A DNA stretch of 43,980 bases from Neoconidiobolus thromboides FSU 785 (taxonomy: Eukaryota; Fungi; Entomophthoromycota). The notes beneath the pieces were generated by a model, which saw only the letters and a program-made list of their open reading frames with translations, searched no databases and was not told where the DNA came from. The DNA is taken from NCBI GenBank assembly GCA_025603075.1, contig MU626421.1, positions 1 through 43,980 on the forward strand, given 5' to 3'. Position 1 is the stretch's first letter, and every line of letters begins with the position of its first letter. The position numbers and the translations under genes are program-made. Shown piece by piece: positions 1 to 10,706 of the stretch.

Positions 1-786
1 TATAATAACAATAGGGTACTTTAAAAATGTTAATGGAGAAAGTGGATTAAACATTGGACCACCGCGACGAATTCCTAAAGGACTAAGTGTTATTTTAATT
101 GGGAATTCTTGTTTAGCTGATTTTGGTAGAGTTTCTGGTAATAGGAACACTGACAAAAGTATAAGAACTCCTCCTAGAATTGTTAAAGTCCAAAAAGTAG
201 ATCTCCAACCAAAAGCATCAAACAAGAAGCCACCAATAATTGGTCCTATTACTGGCCCTACTAATGGACCTACAAAAAATATTGACATAGCGAAGCCTCG
301 ATCCTCCCTTGGAAAAATATCACTGATTGTACCTATACCAGTTACAACAGGAGCAGACGCACCTATAGCTTGTATGACTCTCATTCCTATCAAAAGTCCT
401 ATACTATTAGACAAAGCACAACCAACATTTCCAATTGTAAATATAACCTGTGTAATTAAAAACACTCCTTTTCTACCAAATCTGTCTGCCAATCCGCCCC
501 AAACTAATGGCGCAAGACCTAATGTAAGCATATAAACAGCAATAGTAATATCAACCAATATTTCTGTTGTCTTTAATTCCTTTTTTATTGCTTCAAGACT
601 TGGAAAGTAAATTGTTGAAGATAGAGGTGCTAATATAGCAGCAAAAGCAACTACTGCTAATATAACACCCCTGCGTAACTTTGAGTATTGCTTTGTGTTT
701 TCTATAGAATTTGCTGATTCTAATTTTCTCTCATTCATATCACTCATTGAAAGTGTTTCATTTCCTACCAATCGAGACTCGCTCAT
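1..786 (-). CDS. MFS transporter, DHA1 (drug:H+ antiporter) type, copy 1; 3' part lies outside the window
   Basis: ATG at 786, then an open intronless frame for 262 codons to the window edge: MSESRLVGNE...APLSSTIYFPSL...PLVWGGLADRFGRKGVF (MFS motif A)...RVIQAIGASA...GPLVGPVIGPIIGGFL. Close paralog of the gene at 4482-5929. Missing from the ORF track, probably because there is no stop in the window. Confidence 0.93.
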   Translation of the reverse strand, partial: MSESRLVGNETLSMSDMNERKLESANSIENTKQYSKLRRGVILAVVAFAAILAPLSSTIYFPSLEAIKKELKTTEILVDITIAVYMLTLGLAPLVWGGLADRFGRKGVFLITQVIFTIGNVGCALSNSIGLLIGMRVIQAIGASAPVVTGIGTISDIFPREDRGFAMSIFFVGPLVGPVIGPIIGGFLFDAFGWRSTFWTLTILGGVLILLSVFLLPETLPKSAKQEFPIKITLSPLGIRRGGPMFNPLSPLTFLKYPIVII

Positions 787-1666
787 GTTGTACTAAAATG
801 TAAACAAATATATGTAATAAAACAATAATTTGATAAATAATTAAAAATAACAAATTATCATCAATTGCATTTATATATGTTTCAATATTATAGTTAATTT
901 TGGCACAATCATGATTTCATACTCATTCACATTTCTGTTTTTTTATTTTGGATATAAAAAGCATTAATGTTAAAATAATTAGCAATATTGTTTAATTTAT
1001 TAATCGATATTAATATAATAATTTACTTTACTTAGTCTTAGTCTAAAAATAAACTGTTTTCAGTATCAACAAATGATAAACTTTTGCCTTCACTATGAGA
1101 GTTATATTATTAATTGATACCCTTTTATCGTTTTTAGTTTATATTTTACACACTTAAAAAGAAATATTAAAATTAAGCTTTACTGGTCACTATCAACATA
1201 ATTATTAGAGTATATAATTTTGAATAGTAATAATTTTTCACAGAGTGTTTGGAATTTCTAGTATTTATTAGTAATTAATAATTATATTCAGAACATTAAA
1301 ATCTATTAAAAATCCTCTAATATTTTAATTATTAAAGTTTGGATTAATTAGTAAAATTTTACATAAAAATTTAATTATTTAACGGCTGTTAAAAATAGAG
1401 GATTTGAATTGAGCAAAACTAATATAAAATTAAAAGATAACTTAAATGTCATAAGTTTAAGGTTAATTAAGTAAACTTAATTTTTGTTTTCAATGCTTTT
1501 TAAGAATAGGCCACTATTGTATTGTGGTGTTTACTCAAGAATACTAATGTATTTGAAATAAGTCCTCTGACTAAAGGCTTATAAAGATAGTGACTGCTAG
1601 TAATAACAATGCAAATAAAATTAAAATGAGTACTATAAATTATAGACTACACTTAAAATCTATTTA

Positions 1667-1694
1667 TATATTTGCCTATATATTTGCCTATATA
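1667..1694. repeat. 12-bp tandem duplication (TATATTTGCCTA)x2
   Basis: Two exact adjacent copies read directly. Confidence 0.8.
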
Positions 1695-1823
1695 TATGAA
1701 AAAGTGGATATCACACCATTTGATAAAGAAAGTAATATACTAGAATCCATCTAAGAGCAGATTAATTAAGGCCATGTTTTTTAAAATTTAAATAGATTAA
1801 AGTCATACTTGATTAATTTAACT

Positions 1824-2408
1824 TTAAGGGTATATGAGCTTAAACAGTTTCACAAAGAATGATCCAGGAAAGCGGGCCGAAGCTCCCAAAAATAAAAATT
1901 TATATTTAGCATATAGTTTCAAATTTATAGCATTAGTTACCAGCTTCTAATACTTATATAACATTTAATTTCGACTTTAAAAAGTATAAAGACAAAATTA
2001 AATGTTACCATCTTTCGAATTATTTCATAACAAGCAATTTGCAATTGCTTAATCCTATTGTGTTAAAATACTTATTTAAACATAAATTGGCGAAAAGTCA
2101 AAACTGTATTTAAGACATTTGATAGAGAAATAGGGGGCTCCCATTTATTAAAATAGTATAGACGATCATTATTTATTTTAAGTTAATAAATACAATATTA
2201 TTTTTGATCAATCTGCGATATTTAAATATATCAAAGGCCAGTATTTCTTCAATAGCATCAAAAATATGTTCTAATAATTTATATTGACAAAATCAGAATG
2301 CACCAACTTAATGCTATAAACCGGTATAGAAGCTTAAAGACTAAGAATATATTTGCCCAAAGGTCATCACATGATATTATAGTAAGGCGAGTAAAAAGTC
2401 AAAGAAAA
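1824..2408 (-). pseudogene. Possible decayed DHA1-type MFS remnant
   Basis: Colinear minus-strand fragments FSLTFYSP, ASIPVYSIKL, PLIYLNIAD*, TNAINLKLYAKYKFLFLGASA and LIYP resemble LSSTIYFP, ITIAVYMLTL, PLVWGGLADR, SNSIGLLIGMRVIQAIGASA and DIFP in the neighbours. In-frame stops, low identity, aligned by eye only. Confidence 0.3.
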
Positions 2409-2456
2409 TTTTCTATAAAAAAACCATTTTATGTCATAGGTAAAAAATCGGTAAAA

Positions 2457-2490
2457 CTCAAAGTATAACTCAAAGTATAACTCAGAGTAT
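2457..2490. repeat. 12-bp tandem repeat (CTCAAAGTATAA)x2.8
   Basis: Two exact units plus a partial unit with one mismatch. Confidence 0.8.
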
Positions 2491-2809
2491 TGTACTGGGT
2501 TTTATTCAAATATATTAGTTAAAGTTAAAGCTAAAAGCTAGTTAAAGTTAAGGTTAGGATCATTTAATCCAATTTTTAATTAGTGTTTTTTTGCTTGAGC
2601 TATTTTTTGTTTTAAAAAGATAGTTTTTAGGCTTTCTTGACTATCCACTTTACTCAATACCATGACCACCGACTGACATACCTAAATTAATACTCATTCT
2701 TTGAACTTTAATTATAATTTCTGTTTTATTAAAATACTGAGATTCAAAACAGGTCATAGGGTATTAAGGTCGTTTGTTATATCTCAGTACATTGTTCATT
2801 TAAATATTT

Positions 2810-2901
2810 TGGGATGTTTTTTTGTTTAATTTTGCTAACAATCTTTCTACTTAAATAGCGCTTAAAAATAGAAAAGTAATGAAATCAAAAAAACATCCCC
2901 A
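2810..2901 (-). mobile_element. MITE-like element, copy 1 (reverse orientation)
   Basis: TGGGATGTTTTTTTG...CAAAAAAACATCCCCA terminal inverted repeats; internal core (AAATAGCGCTTAAAAATAGAAAAGTAATGAAATC) shared with the other copies. Confidence 0.8.
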
Positions 2902-3910
2902 TTTGTTGTTTTTAACTGAGTTTAAAAATGCAGGATCATATATAATCCTTGAATTCAAGTAAAAAAATTAGCAATAAATTTGAATGAAGGTGTCTGAAAA
3001 CACAACTTAATATAATGTGTTTAAATATTAACATGTTATCTTTACAAATAAATTGTGAATATTATAGTGAAAGTTTAATTTGTTATATACAGACATCGGG
3101 TTTCATAAGCTTCTTAATATTTTTAGTATAAACAAATAGAGTCAATTAAAGATAGAAAAATGCTAAACTTTTAAATACTTTTATTACTATAATAAATGAA
3201 AAACCTAAAAAAAATTAATTAGTATGGCTCTTAATAATACTTTTGATTGATTATAAAATTCAGTGTGTGCAATTGTAATCAATACATACCGAGTATGCAT
3301 CATGAAGACTAATCGAATTTAAATCATCATATAGTATATTGATATAATATTAATATTAAAGGTTTACTTACCAAAAGAAAAGATTCTTTTTTTGAATAAA
3401 AGTTTCTCTTTTTTATAATTTTATAAATTTCAGTCTTGACCAATTAACATAGCTTATACTAACAAGTTCACGGATTCGGTCCATTTTAAATTTAATGGGA
3501 TTTTGTCTTTAAGAACTAATCTTAAATTTCATAATAATTGCAAATAAAGTTGAAATAATTATTCAATTCTATTGCTAATTTTTGATAGTCTTCATAAATT
3601 TAAAAAAATTCTTAAAAGTCAACACTAAACTAAACTTATTAGCATTTGTAATATAAAAACACAGATATCATATTTATAAATAATAAGACAACATTGCTTT
3701 ATTATATAATCTTAAATGGAATATCATTAAACAATTTTTATTATTTTTTCACATTTAATATCATAACTACCAGAAGCTAACTTTAAAATTGATATTATGA
3801 AAACTCATAAGGTTAAATAATAATAAAAATAATAGATAAGTGAAGTTATCAATGTAGAGTTGTATTTCGTTGAATAATAAGGTAAATTGCATTAAAAATG
3901 CATCATTATA

Positions 3911-4007
3911 TGGAAATGTATTTTTGTGTTTAAGAATTTTACTAATTTTTCCGCTCAAATAGTACTTAAAAATGGAAAAAGTAATGAAACCCAAAAAAGC
4001 ATCCCCA
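3911..4007 (-). mobile_element. MITE-like element, copy 2 (reverse orientation)
   Basis: TGGAAATGTATTTTTG...AAAAAAGCATCCCCA, flanked by TA on both sides (3909-3910, 4008-4009); aligns end to end with copies 3, 6 and 7. Confidence 0.85.
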
Positions 4008-4481
4008 TATTATAATTTACCATTTAGTTTATTTAAAAAATATTATATACTCTTTTTTCTAATAGTTTAGTACTTTGCTTAAACTTTCATTCAAAATCTT
4101 AATATGCTATCAAAAGTATCAACCCTGAAGAAAAGTTATAAAGTAATTTTTTTATAAATTCGATAAAGCTAGATAATTGTAAAATTATTATTTCTCTGTC
4201 AGTTTACTTATTTTATTGCTTGTTTATCGAATGTTTTAATTAAAGATTTTGTTATTCTGTTGATATTGGTTGTAATTATGTGTTCATTTTCCTAATATCA
4301 AGAGCTTCACTATTCTAAAATAAAACAAAATAAAAATCTTAACAAATTTCCTTAATGAGCATTGTATTTATTGTGCAGGTTTTTAAATATTATGATTCCA
4401 AAAGTCTTAACAAATTCATTTTCCTATTTACAAATAATATTCAGTTTATTGACAAATATTAAAGGTGATGGATAATAAATA

Positions 4482-5929
4482 CTAAACTTGTTTATATGGT
4501 CCAGTCCTTTTTCTAATAGCTTCGCCTGTATAAAATAGAACAAACAACACTATAGTAACGCAAAAACAAAGACAAGCATATAACGTAATACCACCACCAA
4601 AAGTTAGATTTTCTAGTACAATACCGTTGACAGCACTTAGAACAGCAGAAAACCCCAATTGAAATGCACCAAAGCACGATGCAATAGAGGCAGATTCATC
4701 AGCAAAGTTATCTACAAGATAACTAGTACAAGCAATTAATGAAATTGTATTTCCTATCCCAATTAAAACACCTGCAGTTAAAGCAGAAGCCAAATGTAAC
4801 TTATAGGTAACAAACCAAGCAGTCATTAATAAACCAGCTCCCTCAATAAGTGATCCTGTCCATAACCCATAAAGTCTGACTTCAGGTTTAGGGTCATTAC
4901 CATCATTTACTGCCTTAAATTTTTGGTAGGACATATCAGACAATTTCCCACCAATAAAATTTCCTAAGATACAACCCACTCCTAATGGTATAAAAGTTAA
5001 ACCGGACTGAGATGGGGTTAAATTGTAAGTGATTGGAAACACTCTTGACATGGAAGCTTCAACTGCAAAAAAGGACCCAAAAGTAATAGCAATACAAAGG
5101 CAACCTATGATAACGATAGGGAATCTTACAAATTTTAATGTGGAAAGTGGGTTAAACATTGGACCACCGCGACGAATCCCTAAAGGCTTCAAGGTTATTT
5201 TAACTGGAAATTCTTGCATAGCTGACTTTGGTAATGATTCTGGTATTAAGAAGATGGGGATAAGTAAAACAATACCTCCTAATATCGTTACGAACCAAAA
5301 AGCGGATCTCCAGCCAAAGGCATCAAGTAAAAAACCACCAATAATAGGTCCTATTACTGGTCCTATTAATGGGCTTATAAAGAACATTGACATTGCTGAG
5401 CCTCGTTCTTCTTTTGGGAAAATATCAGCAATAGCACCTATGCCAGTTACAATAGGAGCAGACGCGCCTATACCTTGTATAACTCTAATGGCGATAAGGA
5501 GACCTATGCTATTTGACAAAGCACAGCCAATGCTTCCAAGAGTAAATATAGTTTGGGAAACTAAAAACACTCCTTTTCTACCATACCTGTCAGCAATTCC
5601 TCCCCAAAATAATGGAGCAAGACCCAACGTGAGCATATAAACCGAGACAGTAATATCAAGTAATATATCCGTTGTCTCAAGCTCTTCTTTTATTGCTGCA
5701 AGACTTGGAAACTAAAACCGTGTTAATGAAATAATGTTTTATATTGAAATTAATAGCATACATAAATTGTCGCGGACAATGGTGCTAGAAATGCAGCAAA
5801 AGAAAGAAAAATCAAAACACTCCATTTATATATTTTCGAATATGCTTTTGGACTTTCTTCCATTATATCTCCTAACTCTACCTTGGTGTCTATGATTGAT
5901 TGGTCATTTACTGTTGTAAATTCATCCAT
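4482..5929 (-). CDS. MFS transporter, DHA1 type, copy 2 (465 aa)
   Basis: Exons 5929-5762 and 5711-4482; phase-0 intron 5712-5761 (GTATGC...TTTTAG). Motif A GGIADRYGRK, DHA motif GPVIGPIIGG, many hydrophobic segments consistent with 12 TM helices. Confidence 0.95.
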
Positions 5930-7013
5930 GATTATGATTGATATCTTTTCGTGGACTTAAAATAATATGGAAATTCTAATATAATAATGTTAACTTTTTT
6001 GATTATTCAATCACTTTATCACTTTATTTATATCAATCCAACTCAAATCTATAGCAGCTACTATGATCTCATATCACCTTATATAACTTAAAAGTATCCT
6101 TATATTATTTAGAATAGGTAAAACTTATTTATAAGCCTCCTTATTTTTAGTAATAATTTGCCTTAAATTATTAAATTTCAAATTTTAATAATGTCAATGT
6201 TCTTAACTCAAAATTTTAATATAACTAGAACCTAAAAACAATCACTAAAAATTATCTGGTTTAGCATGTATCTTATCTAACTTGGAATCTTTGTTTTAAA
6301 TTGCTTACATAATGAAAATTATAAATCAATAAATAGGTTACATAAGGATTTATATATATATTGAATTTAAATTTAAAGTTTAAAAGGAAATTTTAATTTC
6401 CAGCTTATTAATGTATAGTTGTATAGTTCAATATCATAATTTTATATAACGCGCCGTTAATGAAAATAGATTGAAATGCTAGTTGCATTATATAAATTTA
6501 AAAATCAATTAATGTTGAAGAAAAATTATGTAATTTAATTCAAATTCACTTCGTGAAGTCTATCTAAAGATATCTTTATTTTATTATTATATGTATTTAT
6601 TATTTGAAATAGACTTTAAAAAGACTACCAGTAAACATTAAAGCAAAAAGATTAGCATATGGCTTCAAAACTATTAAAAAATAACTATTCTCATAGCATT
6701 AAATGATTTATAACTTTGGAAAAAATCAAAATTGAAGAATATTGAATCTCAAGTTCAAATTAATATCTTATTTTGGTAAAGTATCAGACTACTAAAATAA
6801 CAATATAACTTCATTAAAGTTTATATGTTTATGTATATTATATACTAAAACTTAATCGAATTGCTATTTAAACTGATAATAGAGGTTTATATAATAAATT
6901 CAAAAATGATTTGAATGTTTTTAAATTTAACGTTTTTGACTTAATATTAAACTTAATAAATAGTTGTTAAACTTTATGGTTGTTTAAAATTTTTTAAATA
7001 ATTCATTAGTATA

Positions 7014-7109
7014 CGAAGATGTTTTTTGACTTCACTTTTTTTATCTCTTAAACGCTATTTGAATGGAAAAATTGTTAGCAAAATTCTTAAATATAAAAAT
7101 ACATTCCCA
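7014..7109 (+). mobile_element. MITE-like element, copy 3
   Basis: CGAAGATGTTTTTTG...AAAAATACATTCCCA with TA on both flanks; shared core TTAAACGCTATTTGAATGGAAAAATTGTTAGCAAAATTCTTAAA. Confidence 0.85.
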
Positions 7110-7928
7110 TACTTTGTTTGAAATTAAGACTTTTGATCGTGATTATACATATAGTCACTAAAAATATTAAGGAATTTTTTTTTACTTCATGTTATCCTTT
7201 AAACATTATTTGGGTTATATATTTAAAATTATATCAATTCAATATATATAACTTACGCTTTTTAGATTGTAATTGTATTGAATATATTTGATTCATGTCT
7301 TTATATCACATTATAAAATCTTTAAACTATTGAAATTTATGATAGGACTTTGACTTATATCTGAACCACTTCAACTGACTACAACAATCTCCCGTTATAT
7401 TTAGATGTTAATATCCTTTTATTCCGCCTTACCATATCTCGTAAAGTATATAGCAGTACTAATCAAATCTAATTAATCTAAGAATCTTAAATAAAAACAG
7501 GGTACTAACAAAATTGTTATAATAGCTCAAAATAATGAGTTAAAAGCTTGAATTTTTTTTTAAAATTAAATTTGTGGTTTATAAATAGACAAAAGTATTA
7601 TTTTTTAAAGGAGCAATTAAGAACCTTTAGTGGGTTTATTTCATGTGTTAAAACAAATAAATAAAAATAATATTATACTAAATCTAACGTTTAAGTATCA
7701 AAATATGATAGTATAAAAATATATATTCAAAATGTTGATTAACTTTCTAAATGCTTAAAAACAAGATAGATTCTATTTTTATTAAAGGTTGAGAAGTGGG
7801 ACAAGTTGTTTATGGAAGTCAATTAAAATAGTATAATTTAAACTTTTAAGCTTCTAACAATTGAATTTAAGCTTGTTACATGAAATTGTTCCTCCTTTTA
7901 TATTACATTTTCAAATTAAATTTGTAAA

Positions 7929-9849
7929 TTATTCTTCTAAGAAGAAGTAATTTCCACTAAGTTTCTGTTCACGATCCATTACAGATTCGGCTTTGTTGAT
8001 ACGTGGACGATAATTGGTAGGATCACGGCGGAAAGTAATTTCGAGAGATCTAAGGAAATCGTTCATACCTTTGAGTAAAGGTTGAGGAGAGTTAGCAACA
8101 GCATCGACGGATGGTATACCTTCATACACTACTACACGATCAGCAAGGTAAGTGGCCATAATGAAATCATGCTCTACAATAAAGGCAGTCTTTTTAGCAT
8201 GTAAGATAAAACGCTTAATAACTTTAGCAGCAATGATACGTTGTTCTGAATCCAAATAAGCTGAAGGTTCATCAATAAGATAAATATCTGCTGGTTGACC
8301 AAGTGCCAAAATAATAGCAACACGTTGCAATTCACCACCAGAAAGATTAACAACCTATAACTGAAATGAGAAAAATATTGAATTAAATATCTTTAAAATT
8401 ACCTCTTGATCAAGAAGAGCTTCAATTGATAACGGTCTAACAACATCAGTATTGAATTGTGGATGCATAAAAGCAGTTTTGATCTTTTTAAGGAAAAGCA
8501 TTCGAACGGTACCTTGGAATTTAGGAGCAATCTTTTGTGGCTTGTAAGAGATGTTAAGTTTAGGCATCTCAACTGAATCATCATCAGGTTTAAGGGCACC
8601 AGCAAGCATTTTAATAAATGTTGTTTTACCAGTACCGTTTTGTCCCAACATGACAATAATTTCAGAATCAGTGAAATCACCAGAGTTTACTTTCAGTTTG
8701 AAATCACCTAATTTTTTGGTCATGGTTGGATAAGAGTATAAACGATTCCTTTGAATATCATCTTGAGTGTCCGATGCTTCAACCATACGGAAGGTAAGAG
8801 ATTCTTGACGGAAACGTAAATTCTCAGTTGGAATCATACCATCAAGGAAAATATTAATACCTTCACGGACACTGAAAGGAAGAGTAACAACACCATACAC
8901 ACCAGGAACACCATAGAGAACACAGACGAAATCGGATAGATAATCTAAAACAGACAAATCGTGCTCAACTACAATAACATAGGTTTTGATCTCTAATAAA
9001 GAACGGATAGTACGAGCTGCATTCAAACGCTGTTTGACATCAAGGTAGGAAGAAGGCTCATCAAACATATAAACGTCAGCTTTTTGTACAGAGGTCATAG
9101 CAATGGCGAAACGTTGAAGTTCTCCACCAGACAATTGACCAACCTCACGATTCAAAACCTCATTAAGGTCTAAAGCATCAATCATTTGATCAACATTGTT
9201 TCTCTCGGTTTTAGAATCCAAAAGAACTTTAACTTTAGTATCAGCTTGATTTTTAAGAGCTTTAGGAATATGATCAACATACTGTGGTTTAATAATAGCT
9301 TTGAGGTTATCTTCTAAAATCTTAGTGAAATAATTTTGAAGTTCTGAACCACGGAAATGTTTAAGAATGTCTTGCCAATCTGGGGGATCTGAAAATTGTC
9401 CAAGATTTGGCTTTTGCTTACCGGCCAAAATCTTTAAGGCAGTAGATTTACCAATACCGTTAGTACCTACTAAACCTAAAACTTGGCCAGGACGAGGAAT
9501 TGGTAATCTATGAAGCTTGAAACTATTAGCAGAATAACGGTGAGTAGTTTCTTTTTCCAAATTGGTTGGTAAATTGATAATCATAATAGCTTCAAATGGG
9601 CACTTTTTAGGGCAAATACCACAACCAATACATAAATCTTCACTAATGGAAGCTATTTTTGAAGTTGGAGTAACCTCAATACAAAGTTTACCTTTATTTG
9701 TAAAATATTAAATGGAGAAAACAATGGCAAAGAAATGAAAACTTACCCATACGATTTACTGGACAACTCTTTTTACATTCTTGACGACATTTCTTAGGTT
9801 TACATCTATCCGTGTTAATGATAGCGATACGGGTAAGCTTCTCACTCAT
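7929..9849 (-). CDS. RLI1: ABCE1/RLI1 ribosome-recycling ABC ATPase with N-terminal Fe-S domain (605 aa)
   Basis: Exons 9849-9747, 9691-8403 and 8354-7929 join in frame. Fe-S motifs [15 protein letters not shown] and [13 protein letters not shown]; Walker A GTNGIGKS and GQNGTGKT; signature LSGGELQR twice; C-terminus GNYFFLEE. Confidence 0.99.
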
Positions 9850-10221
9850 GGTTAATTATAAATTCTATTTAAGAGATGGCCTTTAAGCTATTAAATAACT
9901 TCGTTGATTAAAAAGTTGGAGCTATTTAGAAATAATAATTATCTTTAATTTATTGTTGCTTCACTCTTATTGGACCTTTGAAATTTAACTTCCAATCATT
10001 TTTCGCAGCATTTTTAGATTATCTTAGATTTAAATCCAATCATTTGTGATAAGAAACCATTTGATCCAAATTCAACAAAATACAAAAGTGAACAAAAATG
10101 TAATATTTTGACAATACTAATAAAGAAAAAAACAAATTTTGATAATGATTTATTTGTTTGAAAATAGGCCGAGTTGAGTTAATTTATTGAAAAATATAAA
10201 GAATGTAACTGTATTAATATA

Positions 10222-10304
10222 TGGGAATGTATCTTTTAGTTTCATTTATTTACCCATTTTTATTTAACAAAATTTGAAAAATGTTAGTCAATATCTAAAA
10301 TACT
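10222..10304 (+). mobile_element. Degenerate MITE-like element, copy 4
   Basis: TA|TGGGAATGTATCTTTTAGTTTCATT left end matches the family; centre and right end eroded (AAAAATGTTAGTCAATATCTAAAATAC). Confidence 0.5.
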
Positions 10305-10456
10305 CTAATAGAATTTCATAAATTAGTATTACGCTCATATTATTTTTTCGACTCTTATTAAAAATTTGTGCTAATGTATAACGTTGTACATTTTATTTTC
10401 ATGCACTTGAAAGGAAAAGATTATAATAATTAACTGATTACCATAAGAGAAATTGC

Positions 10457-10461
10457 AAAAA
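10457..10461 (-). terminator. RNA polymerase III oligo(T) terminator of tRNA-Lys
   Basis: TTTTT on the minus strand 6 nt after the tRNA 3' end. Confidence 0.75.
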
Positions 10462-10467
10462 TATATT

Positions 10468-10540
10468 AGCCTAATATGGGGCTCGAACCCATGACCCTGA
10501 GATTAAAAGTCTCATGCTCTACCGACTGAGCTAATCAGGC
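10468..10540 (-). tRNA. tRNA-Lys(TTT): tRNA-Lys, anticodon UUU, no intron
   Basis: GCCTGATTAGCTCAGTCGGTAGAGCATGAGACTTTTAATCTCAGGGTCATGGGTTCGAGCCCCATATTAGGCT: 7-bp acceptor stem, D arm, anticodon stem TGAGA/TCTCA around loop CTTTTAA, T-loop TTCGA, A and B boxes. Confidence 0.98.
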
Positions 10541-10706
10541 ACTTGCTGTTAACTTGTAACTTTACTAGTATGTTTTTATATAAACTATTTATAACTCTTG
10601 ACAACGATAATTAACAATTTTGATTTATTAATAAATAAAATAATCCCCTGATTTTATAATATAAAAATAAAAAATAAGCCACCCAAAATAATTTACGTTT
10701 TCAATA

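Noticed and set aside
3767-3994. 75-aa minus-strand ORF in the track
   Set aside because: Starts inside MITE copy 2 and runs into AT-rich spacer; no recognisable protein features.
5029-5640. 203-aa plus-strand ORF
   Set aside because: Antisense shadow of the MFS coding sequence.
7335-7380. ATGATAG...CTGA...CTGA, resembling a C/D snoRNA
   Set aside because: Box C is imperfect, the span is too short and there is no terminal stem.
8399-8733. ORFs 8399-8680 (-) and 8551-8733 (+)
   Set aside because: Alternative-frame and antisense shadows inside RLI1.
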